64,000 nt of DNA from contig JAPOFX010000003.1 of assembly GCA_028283505.1 (NCBI GenBank), positions 68,125-132,124 on the forward strand, given 5' to 3'. Positions 42,337 to 50,743 of the stretch are shown here, in pieces. How positions within the stretch are numbered: the stretch's first letter is position 1; each line of letters opens with the position of its first letter. Both the position numbers and the translations under genes were made by a program. Source of the DNA: Candidatus Poseidoniales archaeon (GTDB lineage: Archaea; Thermoplasmatota; Poseidoniia; Poseidoniales; Thalassarchaeaceae). Under the pieces are notes generated by a model. The model was not told the DNA's origin, ran no database searches, and worked only from the letters and a program-made list of their open reading frames with translations.

Positions 42337-43749
42337 GTGTATAACCGCGGGGCCGAGTATGTGAGTGTGTTCAAGGCGTACGACATCAGGGGCATATATG
42401 GGGATGAGTTAACCCCTGATTTTGCCAATAGACTAGGCAGGGCGATAGTTTCTCATTTTGATGCAGATTGTATTGCTGTCGGGAGGGACATACGCGAGTC
42501 CGGACCGGAACTGCATGAGTCATTCTTGAATGGGATAGTCAATTCAGGATGTGATGTAATGGATTTGGGAACCACCACCACTGGTGTTCTATATAGAGCA
42601 TCAATGGATCTTGATGTGGATGTCTCGGTAATGATTACCGCAAGTCACAATCCTCCTGAGTATAACGGCTTCAAGATATGCAAAGGTACTCTTCCGGTGG
42701 CTGGTGATGAAATCCAGGATCTACGGAGAACCATGGAATCTGGGAATTTCAGGATGGGAAAGGGAAGTATTGTTCCTATGGGCAAGTTCCAAGATTCATA
42801 TCTAGACGTGATAGTATCTAATGCTGGAAAACCCAAGAGGCGAATCAAGGTTGCTCTGGACTGTGGGAACGCGGTTCCAGGCCCTCTGGCTGTAGAGGCT
42901 CTGGAAAGAATTGGAGCGGAAGTCATCCCTGTCCACTGTACTTGGGACAGTTCATTCCCTCATCACCCTCCTGATCCCACCAGGAAGGAGAATATGGCGG
43001 ACTTGTCTGTGGCAGTAATAGAAAATGGTTGCGAGTTTGGCATAGGAATGGACGGAGATGGAGATAGGATTGGCGTTGTTGACGAAAAGGGGCTTTTCAT
43101 CCAACCTGACAGACTAATGTCGATTTTTGTCAAGGACCTGTTGTCACACGTAGATCTGGATTCCGAAGATGAGGCTAGAAGGGTCTTCTACGATGTCAAA
43201 TGTAGCATGGCACTAGAAGAGTGTATTGAGAAGTCAGGAGGAATACCCGTGATGGTTAGGACCGGCCACTCTTTCATGAAAAAGAAACTCAGAGATAATC
43301 CAATGTCCCCTATGGCAGGAGAAATGTCAGGACATTTCTTCCTTAATGACAGGTGGCCAGGATTTGATGACTCAATTTACAACGCTTCAAGACTCTTGGA
43401 GATCGTAGGTAGGGATCCATCGCCTAGCAAGGGAGGAGTGAAATTTTCCGAAAGATTCCATGATTTACCGAATTATCATTCGACGGATGAAGTGAAAATA
43501 CCTCTAATTGGCTCCAGAGATGATTTGATGAGGGGAATTGTGGATTCATTTTCAGATATGAGATATTCAGACGTGGATGGGATTAGGGTTCGTTACGAGG
43601 ATGGGTGGTATCTCTGCCGACCAAGCAACACAGAGCCGATACTGGTTATGAGGGCCGAGGGCCGGAGCCGGGAAGCTCTGGAGGCGATACTCACTGATGT
43701 AGAGTCAAGAATTGGGTCTATTTTGGATTTGGGTAAGCTAATGGGATAA
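42337..43749 (+). CDS. Phosphomannomutase/phosphoglucomutase (alpha-D-phosphohexomutase family)
   Basis: Motifs: FKAYDIRG; the active-site loop MITASHNPPEYNGFKI; the metal loop GIGMDGDGDRIGVVD; GEMSGHFF. The start is a GTG in the 42337-42367 range. Confidence 0.9.
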   Translation: MYNRGAEYVSVFKAYDIRGIYGDELTPDFANRLGRAIVSHFDADCIAVGRDIRESGPELHESFLNGIVNSGCDVMDLGTTTTGVLYRASMDLDVDVSVMITASHNPPEYNGFKICKGTLPVAGDEIQDLRRTMESGNFRMGKGSIVPMGKFQDSYLDVIVSNAGKPKRRIKVALDCGNAVPGPLAVEALERIGAEVIPVHCTWDSSFPHHPPDPTRKENMADLSVAVIENGCEFGIGMDGDGDRIGVVDEKGLFIQPDRLMSIFVKDLLSHVDLDSEDEARRVFYDVKCSMALEECIEKSGGIPVMVRTGHSFMKKKLRDNPMSPMAGEMSGHFFLNDRWPGFDDSIYNASRLLEIVGRDPSPSKGGVKFSERFHDLPNYHSTDEVKIPLIGSRDDLMRGIVDSFSDMRYSDVDGIRVRYEDGWYLCRPSNTEPILVMRAEGRSREALEAILTDVESRIGSILDLGKLMG

Positions 43750-43806
43750 ATGATTAGACTAGGAAACCGATTCTCTTATTCACATCTGTCATCTGGATGT
43801 GCCAAA

Positions 43807-43883
43807 GCCACTGTAGCTTAGCCTGGTAGAGCATCTGATTCGTAATCAGAAGGCCGGGAGTTCAAATCTCCCCAGTGGCTCCA
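43807..43883 (+). tRNA. tRNA-Thr (CGU), CCA encoded
   Basis: Manual fold. Acceptor GCCACTG/CAGTGGC. D arm GCTT-AGCCTGGTA-GAGC. Anticodon arm TCTGA-TTCGTAA-TCAGA. T arm GGGAG-TTCAAAT-CTCCC. Then T and CCA. Confidence 0.9.
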
Positions 43884-43886
43884 ATG

Positions 43887-45188
43887 TTATACCTTGCTAA
43901 TTCCAAGTGAACGAAGAAGTGGCCTGAACTTGTTTTCAGAGGTTTCGAGGGACTCGAAAACGGGCATTTTACCACCAGAAAGCATCGTAAGTACAGATCC
44001 CCCTCCAGTACTGTTGTGACTAACCTGATCTGCCTTCCCCCTCTGATTGAAGAGGGCGCTTGTGTGTCCCCCTCCTACGATTGTTACTCCAGTTGCTTCC
44101 GTGAACATATTCATTATCTCAACTGTGCCGTAGGCGAATTCTGACTTCTCGAAGTAGGATGCTGGGCCATTCCAAAGTAGGCAATTTGCCTCCATTATGA
44201 GGGGTCTCAACCTCATCATGGTGTCTATGCCTATGTCATAGATAGGGAAATTGGTTGGTAGATCATCAAGCCCTATGGTCTTCCTTGTCCCATCCTCTTC
44301 TACAGCTAAATCAGAGGGAAGGAAAAGGAGAGACTGATATTCGGATACTAGTTTTTCGGAGTCTAGCCAGGTTTCCTCAAAAGCTTCGCCTAGGGATCTT
44401 CTGATGAAGTCCCTATTTCCTTCTCCTATGTCATGGCCCAGTGCCCATAGCATTAGATTTCCGACCACGCCAACCATCGCAATTCTGTCAACCGAGCCAT
44501 TCTGAATCAAGTTTCTTGCTACTCTTAGTGAATCATCGCACTTGATTCCTCCTAGAATCGCTACATATGGCCTAGGAGGGTCGTATACCGCGGTCCTAAG
44601 AGCATTAATTTCCCTTTTCATCAACCTTCCAGCTATACAGGGAATCTCATTGGTGAACCCAGTTAGTGATGGAGAGCTTCTGTGGGCTGTGGCGAAGGCA
44701 TCTGTGACGTATGCGTCTGCAACTGATGATAGTTCTCTTACGAACTCAGATTTGGCGAGTTCATGCTGGCTTGCCTTTTTCATTGTGTTCTCTTCGTCCA
44801 GCATTCTGACATTATTCAGGAATAGAATATCTCCGTCTTCCATGGATTTTATGGCCTGGATTGCTGACTCTCCGCAGACATCGGGGACGAAGTCTACTTT
44901 CCGGCCTGTTAATCTAGATAGTAATTTGGAGTGTGGTTCCGTTGATGTGAAATCTAATTTTCCAGGTCTTGACTGATGAGAGATAATCACAACCTTAGAC
45001 GAAGACAGGTCATCCAGAGTCGGCAGGAATTCAGTGAATCTACGATCATCCAGAAATTCCATGTTCTCGGGATTCATAGGGGAGTTAACATCCACCCTGA
45101 GCAGTACAATCTTGCCGTCTAGAGAGACATCATCAAGCGACAGAACTCCTGTCACATAGGGCCCCAGAGCACTCTCACCTATGGCCAT
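43887..45188 (-). CDS. pgk: Phosphoglycerate kinase (archaeal type)
   Basis: Motifs: KIVLLRVDVNSP; VIISHQSRPG; DAFATAHRSSPS; VGGGHTSA. Confidence 0.9.
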   Translation of the reverse strand: MAIGESALGPYVTGVLSLDDVSLDGKIVLLRVDVNSPMNPENMEFLDDRRFTEFLPTLDDLSSSKVVIISHQSRPGKLDFTSTEPHSKLLSRLTGRKVDFVPDVCGESAIQAIKSMEDGDILFLNNVRMLDEENTMKKASQHELAKSEFVRELSSVADAYVTDAFATAHRSSPSLTGFTNEIPCIAGRLMKREINALRTAVYDPPRPYVAILGGIKCDDSLRVARNLIQNGSVDRIAMVGVVGNLMLWALGHDIGEGNRDFIRRSLGEAFEETWLDSEKLVSEYQSLLFLPSDLAVEEDGTRKTIGLDDLPTNFPIYDIGIDTMMRLRPLIMEANCLLWNGPASYFEKSEFAYGTVEIMNMFTEATGVTIVGGGHTSALFNQRGKADQVSHNSTGGGSVLTMLSGGKMPVFESLETSENKFRPLLRSLGISKV

Positions 45189-45202
45189 TGGGGTTCCACT
45201 TC

Positions 45203-46504
45203 ATGTTCATCATCCCAAATACCTTTGATGAGGAAGCCCGGAAGAGGCACGTGGAGTGGGACGTTGGTTTGATATCCGGCCCGGACGGCCAAGATTGGAG
45301 AGTTCCTGTCTCTGAGTTATCAAATCGCCAAGATAGGCTCTCAAAAGCTCTCGCTGAAAATGGGATCAAGAGTGCTATGATAGACGATCCAGTAGAACTG
45401 TACTGGCTAACTGGAGGTAGGCAGAATGGGATTTTCTTGATTGGAGCGGATGGTTCTGATATTGAAAATACTCATTGGGTCAGGAGGTCACTTGATAGGG
45501 CCAAGTATGAAGCTGGAGGGAGTGCCTCTCCTCATCAAGTATCAAAACAGCCCAGAATGAGTGAGCTAGAGGATTCTTTGAGACGATGCGGCATTACAGA
45601 AAAACCTGCGATGCTGCTAGGGAAGGTTCCAATGGAAAGATGGTCATTCATTAGTAACAAGATATCCTTGATGGAGGGAGGAATTAATGACTGTACGCAA
45701 ATACTGTATTCCCTAAGAGAGGAGAAATCGAAGTGGGAGATCGAGATGTTGAAGGAGAGTGGGGACATTAACAAGGGAATGTTCCAGGCTGTTGAGGAAT
45801 ACGGGGGGCTTGGGAAAACCGAGCTTGAGATTGCATCTGTCGCAGACAGTATTAGTCGGGATTTAGGTTTTGGAGGCAGGATTAGGATGAGAAAATGGCC
45901 CATGGACTGCGATAGAGTTGTCATAGCCTCTGGACCGTCGGGTTCTGTCCCTTCATATTTTGACTCTGCCATTGGCGGGCTTGGTTCTAGCCCTATCTCA
46001 TCTCTCGGAGCCGGTTTCAGAAAAGTTAGGGAGAATGAGCCAGTGCTGGTAGATATCGTCCATCTTCACAGGGGGTATGTATCTGATTGTACTAGAATTT
46101 TCAGTGCTGGGAAGATTAGTGAGCTTTGGCATTCCAGATTAGATGACATGGTGGAGGTACGGAAAGCAGTGGTTTCCTCACTAGGGAAGGGGGATAATTG
46201 CTCTAGGGCATGGGAAATTGGTTACTCTCTTGCCAATGAAATGGGTCACTCTGAGAATCTAATGGGGATGGGGGCGGATCAGTCTAGCTTCCTAGGGCAT
46301 TCAGTTGGACTAGAGCTCGATGAGACTCCTGTTGTAGCTAGGGGCTTCGATAGGCCATTGCCCAAAGGTGGAACGATGGCTGTCGAGCCCAAGGTTATCC
46401 ATCCTGAAGGATCGATTGGTAACGAGGATACATGGTTCAGATCTTCTGAAGGAATGGAGTGCCTAACTGCGGGTGATTCCTTTCCAGTTTACACGGAGTG
46501 GTGA
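45203..46504 (+). CDS. M24 family metallopeptidase (Xaa-Pro aminopeptidase/creatinase-like)
   Basis: Creatinase-like N-terminal domain (VELYWLTGG). C-terminal pita-bread motifs VLVDIVHLHRGYVSDCTRIF, LGHSVGLELDETP and MAVEPK. The ATG at 45203 is only 14 bp from the divergent pgk start. Confidence 0.75.
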   Translation: MFIIPNTFDEEARKRHVEWDVGLISGPDGQDWRVPVSELSNRQDRLSKALAENGIKSAMIDDPVELYWLTGGRQNGIFLIGADGSDIENTHWVRRSLDRAKYEAGGSASPHQVSKQPRMSELEDSLRRCGITEKPAMLLGKVPMERWSFISNKISLMEGGINDCTQILYSLREEKSKWEIEMLKESGDINKGMFQAVEEYGGLGKTELEIASVADSISRDLGFGGRIRMRKWPMDCDRVVIASGPSGSVPSYFDSAIGGLGSSPISSLGAGFRKVRENEPVLVDIVHLHRGYVSDCTRIFSAGKISELWHSRLDDMVEVRKAVVSSLGKGDNCSRAWEIGYSLANEMGHSENLMGMGADQSSFLGHSVGLELDETPVVARGFDRPLPKGGTMAVEPKVIHPEGSIGNEDTWFRSSEGMECLTAGDSFPVYTEW

Positions 46505-46505
46505 C

Positions 46506-46799
46506 ATGACAAAGGCACGTGAAGTCGCACAGAGGAGGGTTGCCAGAGTACTCCGGGGGAGAAAGGAACCCCACGGAAAAGAGTTGACAGATGAGTCGAT
46601 TCTGAGAGGTGTCGACGTAGATGCTTCAGGGATCGTACAACTATGGATTCAGCCTACACACCCACACTGTCCTTGCTGTATAGATGACCTGATTTCTCTG
46701 AGGGAGTTAATTAGCGGTCAGAGTGGTGTTCTCGCCTGTCACATAGAGGTTGTTGGCATTCCTCATTCTGATAGGTGGACAGCTGCGGTAAATGAATGA
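46506..46799 (+). CDS. Small DUF59/MIP18-like (metal-sulfur cluster assembly factor-like) protein
   Basis: 97 aa from the ATG at 46506. IVQLWIQPTHPHCPCCIDDLISLRELI...VLACHIEVVGIP...RW resembles the DUF59 layout. This is a pattern-level call only. Confidence 0.35.
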   Translation: MTKAREVAQRRVARVLRGRKEPHGKELTDESILRGVDVDASGIVQLWIQPTHPHCPCCIDDLISLRELISGQSGVLACHIEVVGIPHSDRWTAAVNE

Positions 46800-46810
46800 G
46801 GGCCTTGGGT

Positions 46811-46954
46811 TCAGTTTCTCTTCCTGCTCTTTCTGTCCTCGACCTCCTGTAGCTTTGACTTAAGCTTCCATGAGATCCACCAGACGGCGATTGATATTGC
46901 TACCACATCGAAGATCAAGAAGGCCAGAAACCTAGTATCGGTGAAATCAGCCAT
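46811..46954 (-). CDS. Unannotated 47-aa single-TM ORF downstream of ferredoxin
   Basis: My translation is MADFTDTRFLAFLIFDVVAISIAVWWISWKLKSKLQEVEDRKSRKRN*. GGTGA lies 5 nt upstream of the ATG, and the ORF starts 8 nt after the ferredoxin stop. It is below the track threshold. Confidence 0.4.
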   Translation of the reverse strand: MADFTDTRFLAFLIFDVVAISIAVWWISWKLKSKLQEVEDRKSRKRN

Positions 46955-46962
46955 TCTTTCAC

Positions 46963-47262
46963 CTAAATTGGAGGAGTGATGTCAATTTCACACGAGGTAA
47001 TCGGACATAGGCAACAGGAAAGTATTCCTCCCTCTTTCATCAAGTACTCATCAAGACCAGGGGGTATCTCATCTGGAATGGGGACGGTTCCAGTGATCAG
47101 CCTTACGATACAGGTCCCACATGTCCCTGAGGTACAATTTCTTGGGATTTCTACGCCTGCATCCTCAGCTAAATCCAAAATAGTACGATTTTCAATAATT
47201 GTTGATTTGCCGATCTCAGATTTCCCTCTGAAAAACCTAATTGAGAGTGCTTCGTTGGTCAT
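46963..47262 (-). CDS. Plant-type [2Fe-2S] ferredoxin
   Basis: CTSGTCGTC (C-x4-C-x2-C) plus a distal LSCC Cys. Start at the ATG at 47262 (MTNEALSIRFF); the track start at 47292 overlaps the upstream gene. Confidence 0.8.
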   Translation of the reverse strand: MTNEALSIRFFRGKSEIGKSTIIENRTILDLAEDAGVEIPRNCTSGTCGTCIVRLITGTVPIPDEIPPGLDEYLMKEGGILSCCLCPITSCEIDITPPI

Positions 47263-47270
47263 GCGATTCC

Positions 47271-48359
47271 TCAGAAGTCGCCTCTGGACCACCTGCCAGT
47301 CTGCTTATTGAAACGCAAGCCAGCTTTCTTCATCCACTTGTTAAATTTAGTTGCACCTGCCCCTGTAGCGATTATGAAATCTTCACGGTCCTCTTGTGCC
47401 TGGATGTATCCCTTGGCCGCCAGGGTTTGGTCAATCCAATCATCTATATCCATCAATCCACCTGATAGTTTACTTGATTCCACCGCTGCCTCGAGCTCTT
47501 CTGCCGAAGCTCCTGTTGACTCTAAGTCCCGCATCATTAGCTCTACAACTGAAGATTTATCCACTTTCTTAGGAGGCTTAACAACTGGTAGTCTGGGCTT
47601 GATCCTAGGGTTAATAGAGATTCTAGAACCATTTGAAAGCTGATGTTCCACTGATTCTGCCATGGGGGATCTGAATTCTTCTTCACACTCCCAACAGATG
47701 AAGACGTAGTCTGACATATCATCCGTTAGATTACCGCCCCTGGGATCCATCTCCTCTCCACAGCTGGGGCATGCATACATGCATAACACAGGTGCTACTT
47801 TTCTCCTGAAGTCAACTATATCCTGAGGGGTACCAACAAGCTCTAACATTTCGTGATCCCTTGCAGCCTCGAGGCCCCTTGTCTCTAGTTGATCCCTTAT
47901 CTTAGAGCGTTGTTCATCCTTTGATTCGTCATCGAATGTATTTTCAAGCTTCACAATTAGCTCGATCGTTTTTCCGAGTCGGTTCATGACAAGCTTCTTG
48001 TTCCTAAAGGCCTCGACCCTGGCAATCCTCAGTTGCTCTTTCTTCTCGAGTAATTCAGCCAGCAGATCCTTTTGCTCACGCTTGAATCTCTGCTCCTCAA
48101 TCTTGTCCACTCTCTCTTTTCCATCCTTGGAAAGAACATCTGCGAGGAATCTCTGTTTACTGGATGTTCTAGGACCAGACTTTACGGCTTCGATTACTGA
48201 AGTGGCTATATCTTTCTTCAACCCATAATTGTTCATCAGGGTGTCTTCATCCATTTTCTTTAGATCTCCGACCTTGATGCCACCATCAGATAGGATTTGG
48301 GCTGTATTCTCATCTATTCCTCTCCTCAAGAGAGCCAAATAAGTGTCCTTCTTTGCCAT
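47271..48359 (-). CDS. Hypothetical protein: N-terminal helix-hairpin-helix-like region, K/E-rich coiled coil, central zinc ribbon
   Basis: 362 aa. It contains GIDENTAQILSDGGIKVGDLKKMDEDTLM, a charged heptad-like segment (KIEEQRFKREQKDLLAELLEKKEQLRIARVEAFR), and CPSCGEEMDP...FICWECEEEF. I cannot assign a family. Confidence 0.5.
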   Translation of the reverse strand: MAKKDTYLALLRRGIDENTAQILSDGGIKVGDLKKMDEDTLMNNYGLKKDIATSVIEAVKSGPRTSSKQRFLADVLSKDGKERVDKIEEQRFKREQKDLLAELLEKKEQLRIARVEAFRNKKLVMNRLGKTIELIVKLENTFDDESKDEQRSKIRDQLETRGLEAARDHEMLELVGTPQDIVDFRRKVAPVLCMYACPSCGEEMDPRGGNLTDDMSDYVFICWECEEEFRSPMAESVEHQLSNGSRISINPRIKPRLPVVKPPKKVDKSSVVELMMRDLESTGASAEELEAAVESSKLSGGLMDIDDWIDQTLAAKGYIQAQEDREDFIIATGAGATKFNKWMKKAGLRFNKQTGRWSRGDF

Positions 48360-48445
48360 TGTTTTGACCTCGAATGCCTACGGGACTGGTAACAGGCCGT
48401 GCCTAGCCGAGAGGGGGGGGAGATATCAAGGCGATGACTAGAGTA

Positions 48446-49333
48446 TCAATTTTCTTGGTTCAATGAGCAGAAATAATCGCATAGAGAGGGCCATTCCTCA
48501 ATTAGCAAATCGTCTGGCCTTAATTCGAGCCAGCCATCCCTCATTCCTTCGATTGGATTACTAGAAACTTGCACAATTGCTTCCTCCCAACTAGACTTGT
48601 GCCAACCCTTAATCCTGCTTATCCTCTTAGGTGGTTTCGAAAGTAAGGTACGCATCTTTCTTCTCCTGTACGCAAAACAGTGTTTTGTAATCATTTTGAA
48701 TAGTCTCCTGTCAGTTACCCTTGGTTCTCCACTTCTAGGCTCCAGCATAATCAGTCTTGAATTTACTCTGGGAGGAGGAGTAAATGCTCCAGGGTGGACC
48801 TTCGAACCTGTGTGGATATCGAAGTCCATCCAAAGTGATAGTCCCAATGGCCCGATACTCCGTGGTCCACCATTCATTGACATTCTCTCCGAGAATTCTT
48901 CTTGGACTAAAAGGACCACTGCCTCGAATGGATTTTTCTGATGATGAGTCTGAATCCTATCTAGAATAGGGCTGGATATGCCATAAGGAATATTTGAAAT
49001 TACGTGTGTTATGTCTTCTGGCCATTCGGCCAGTAGTGCATCAACATGAGAAACAGAAAGTCTTTGTTCCAGTCCAGTGAATACCCTTCCAAGGTGTATT
49101 ACTGCCTGCTGATCAATCTCAAGGGCAGTTACCCTTGCACCTGTTTTGAGAAGTTCTAGAGTAAGTGAACCTGGTCCTGGGCCAATTTCAAGAACATGTG
49201 AGTCTTTAGTTACCTCTCTGTCTATGTCATTACACATTGAGACGGCTTCAAAAATAACTTTCTCATCAAGAATGAAGTGCTGACCCAGATTCCTATCTGG
49301 GCTTATCCTGTCCCTAAGTAAATCAACTAGCAT
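48446..49333 (-). CDS. ksgA: 16S rRNA (adenine1518/1519-N6)-dimethyltransferase KsgA/Dim1
   Basis: Motifs: LGQHFILDEKVI; the SAM motif VLEIGPGPGSLTLELL; VISNIPYGISSPIL. The ATG at 49333 follows the DUF655 stop at 49369. Confidence 0.9.
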   Translation of the reverse strand: MLVDLLRDRISPDRNLGQHFILDEKVIFEAVSMCNDIDREVTKDSHVLEIGPGPGSLTLELLKTGARVTALEIDQQAVIHLGRVFTGLEQRLSVSHVDALLAEWPEDITHVISNIPYGISSPILDRIQTHHQKNPFEAVVLLVQEEFSERMSMNGGPRSIGPLGLSLWMDFDIHTGSKVHPGAFTPPPRVNSRLIMLEPRSGEPRVTDRRLFKMITKHCFAYRRRKMRTLLSKPPKRISRIKGWHKSSWEEAIVQVSSNPIEGMRDGWLELRPDDLLIEEWPSLCDYFCSLNQEN

Positions 49334-49368
49334 CCTAGCATCCAGGTTTTCCAAGATTATGCCTCCTT

Positions 49369-49941
49369 CTAAATCCCAGAGCGGACTAGAAGGTCCAACA
49401 GACTTGGAGATTCTGAAGGATTCTGCATCTCTCCAACATATCTCTCTGCGAGGAGTTTGGCTGAATCTATGCCACAGGATTTGTCTATTTGACCAAACTC
49501 CGACCATCCTGAGCCTCCTCTTTCCTTTACCATTTGCATAGCTTTAGAGTTCCCTATTCCCGGAAGGAGTTGAAAGGCATGATATTTCAATGAGAGGTTA
49601 TTTGCCCTATTATAGAATCCTAAATGTCTGTCAGGATCTGAGTTAATCAAGTCTAGGACAGCATCGATGATTGATGACGAAGATTGGCCCGTCAAATCCT
49701 TGAATCTAATCTCAGACAGTGGTCCTATAGATCCGGAATTTGTTTCAACGTTTACACCGGGTGAGTTGATTTTGTCATCATCTATTCTAGCTCTAACTAG
49801 ATACATTGAGGGAGATGAAAGTCCCTGAAGCTCGAATCCTGATGGGTTCCTATCAAGGATATCCAGCACCAACACTGATACCTCACCGGAAAGAGCATCG
49901 TCATCGGGTAATCTGTTACCGATTGGTCCTTCGGCGGGCAT
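49369..49941 (-). CDS. DUF655 family putative RNA-binding protein (OB-like + HhH)
   Basis: FYNRANNLSLKYHAFQLLPGIGNSKAMQMVKERG matches the DUF655 HhH segment. It sits at the conserved archaeal position between rpoF and ksgA. Confidence 0.7.
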   Translation of the reverse strand: MPAEGPIGNRLPDDDALSGEVSVLVLDILDRNPSGFELQGLSSPSMYLVRARIDDDKINSPGVNVETNSGSIGPLSEIRFKDLTGQSSSSIIDAVLDLINSDPDRHLGFYNRANNLSLKYHAFQLLPGIGNSKAMQMVKERGGSGWSEFGQIDKSCGIDSAKLLAERYVGEMQNPSESPSLLDLLVRSGI

Positions 49942-50012
49942 ATCTCTCAGTTAGTGGAAGGGGTTCTCCCTCATCAATGGTCTAGTCGGTGGACAAAGTC
50001 TGAAAGTAACTT

Positions 50013-50366
50013 TCAGAGGACATTTTGTCTGACAATCTCGATGATTTCCTCGATCTCAGATGTATCCATAGGAACTCTCTTGCTTGCAATAATGACTCTG
50101 ACTCCAGAGACATCCATTGGAGCGAGTTCGGCTATTTTAGCACAGATATCGGGATTTTCAGCTAGCTTATCATTCTCCATAAGCTTGGAGAAAAGATTTG
50201 CGAAGACCTTCGGATCAGTCTTTATTCCGCCTCTGTTAGTGCTAGCAGCCCAAGTTGCGTGTTGTAATGCCATCATCTGCTCGTAGGACAGTTCTCCCCT
50301 TCTTTCGTTTGCTGCCTCAAGAAGATCCCTTACTGTTGAAAAATCTATGAATTCTCGGTTCGACAT
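50013..50366 (-). CDS. rpoF: DNA-directed RNA polymerase subunit Rpo4 (RpoF)
   Basis: 117 aa. By eye it is co-linear with M. jannaschii RpoF: TVRDLLEAANERR...YEQMMALQHATWA...IAELAPMDVSGVRVIIASKRVPMDTSEIEEIIEIV. Confidence 0.75.
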   Translation of the reverse strand: MSNREFIDFSTVRDLLEAANERRGELSYEQMMALQHATWAASTNRGGIKTDPKVFANLFSKLMENDKLAENPDICAKIAELAPMDVSGVRVIIASKRVPMDTSEIEEIIEIVRQNVL

Positions 50367-50376
50367 GAAATCACTC

Positions 50377-50667
50377 CTATGCTGGCCTCAGGTGCTCAGG
50401 TCTGGCCACGACTGTCTTTTGCATATTTCCTTGGACAACACTGACAACGAATGCCTTCCCTTGGGGCTTGACTATTGAGCCAGTCAATCCGTGGAATCTC
50501 CTGTGTGGCATTCCCTTTTGTTGTGATCCGTCAAGTACGATAGATACCTTATCACCCTCCTTGTAAGGGTGAAGAGTGCGGTTAATGAAGAGCCTTCCTT
50601 TCTCTGTCTTCTTCTTCTTGAGGATTGACCTCGTTCCCTGCCTAGTACCATGGGTTCTCGTTGCCAT
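50377..50667 (-). CDS. rpl21e: 50S ribosomal protein L21e (eL21)
   Basis: Motif: HGTRQGTRSILKKK...YKEGDKVSIVLDGSQQKGMPHRRFHGLTGSIV. GAGGTG lies upstream of the ATG. Confidence 0.9.
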   Translation of the reverse strand: MATRTHGTRQGTRSILKKKKTEKGRLFINRTLHPYKEGDKVSIVLDGSQQKGMPHRRFHGLTGSIVKPQGKAFVVSVVQGNMQKTVVARPEHLRPA

Positions 50668-50743
50668 TCTACCACCTCAGACCTAAGTCGTGGAAGCGCT
50701 CGACCAAAGGCGTATTATTAAGTGCGTCGGATTGTTATATGCA

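Noticed and set aside
48413-48420. G8 homopolymer in the spacer upstream of the 362-aa gene (possible phase-variation tract)
   Set aside because: It is a single short tract outside coding sequence with no paired regulatory context. Homopolymers are also a common sequencing or assembly artefact, so I did not promote it to a finding.
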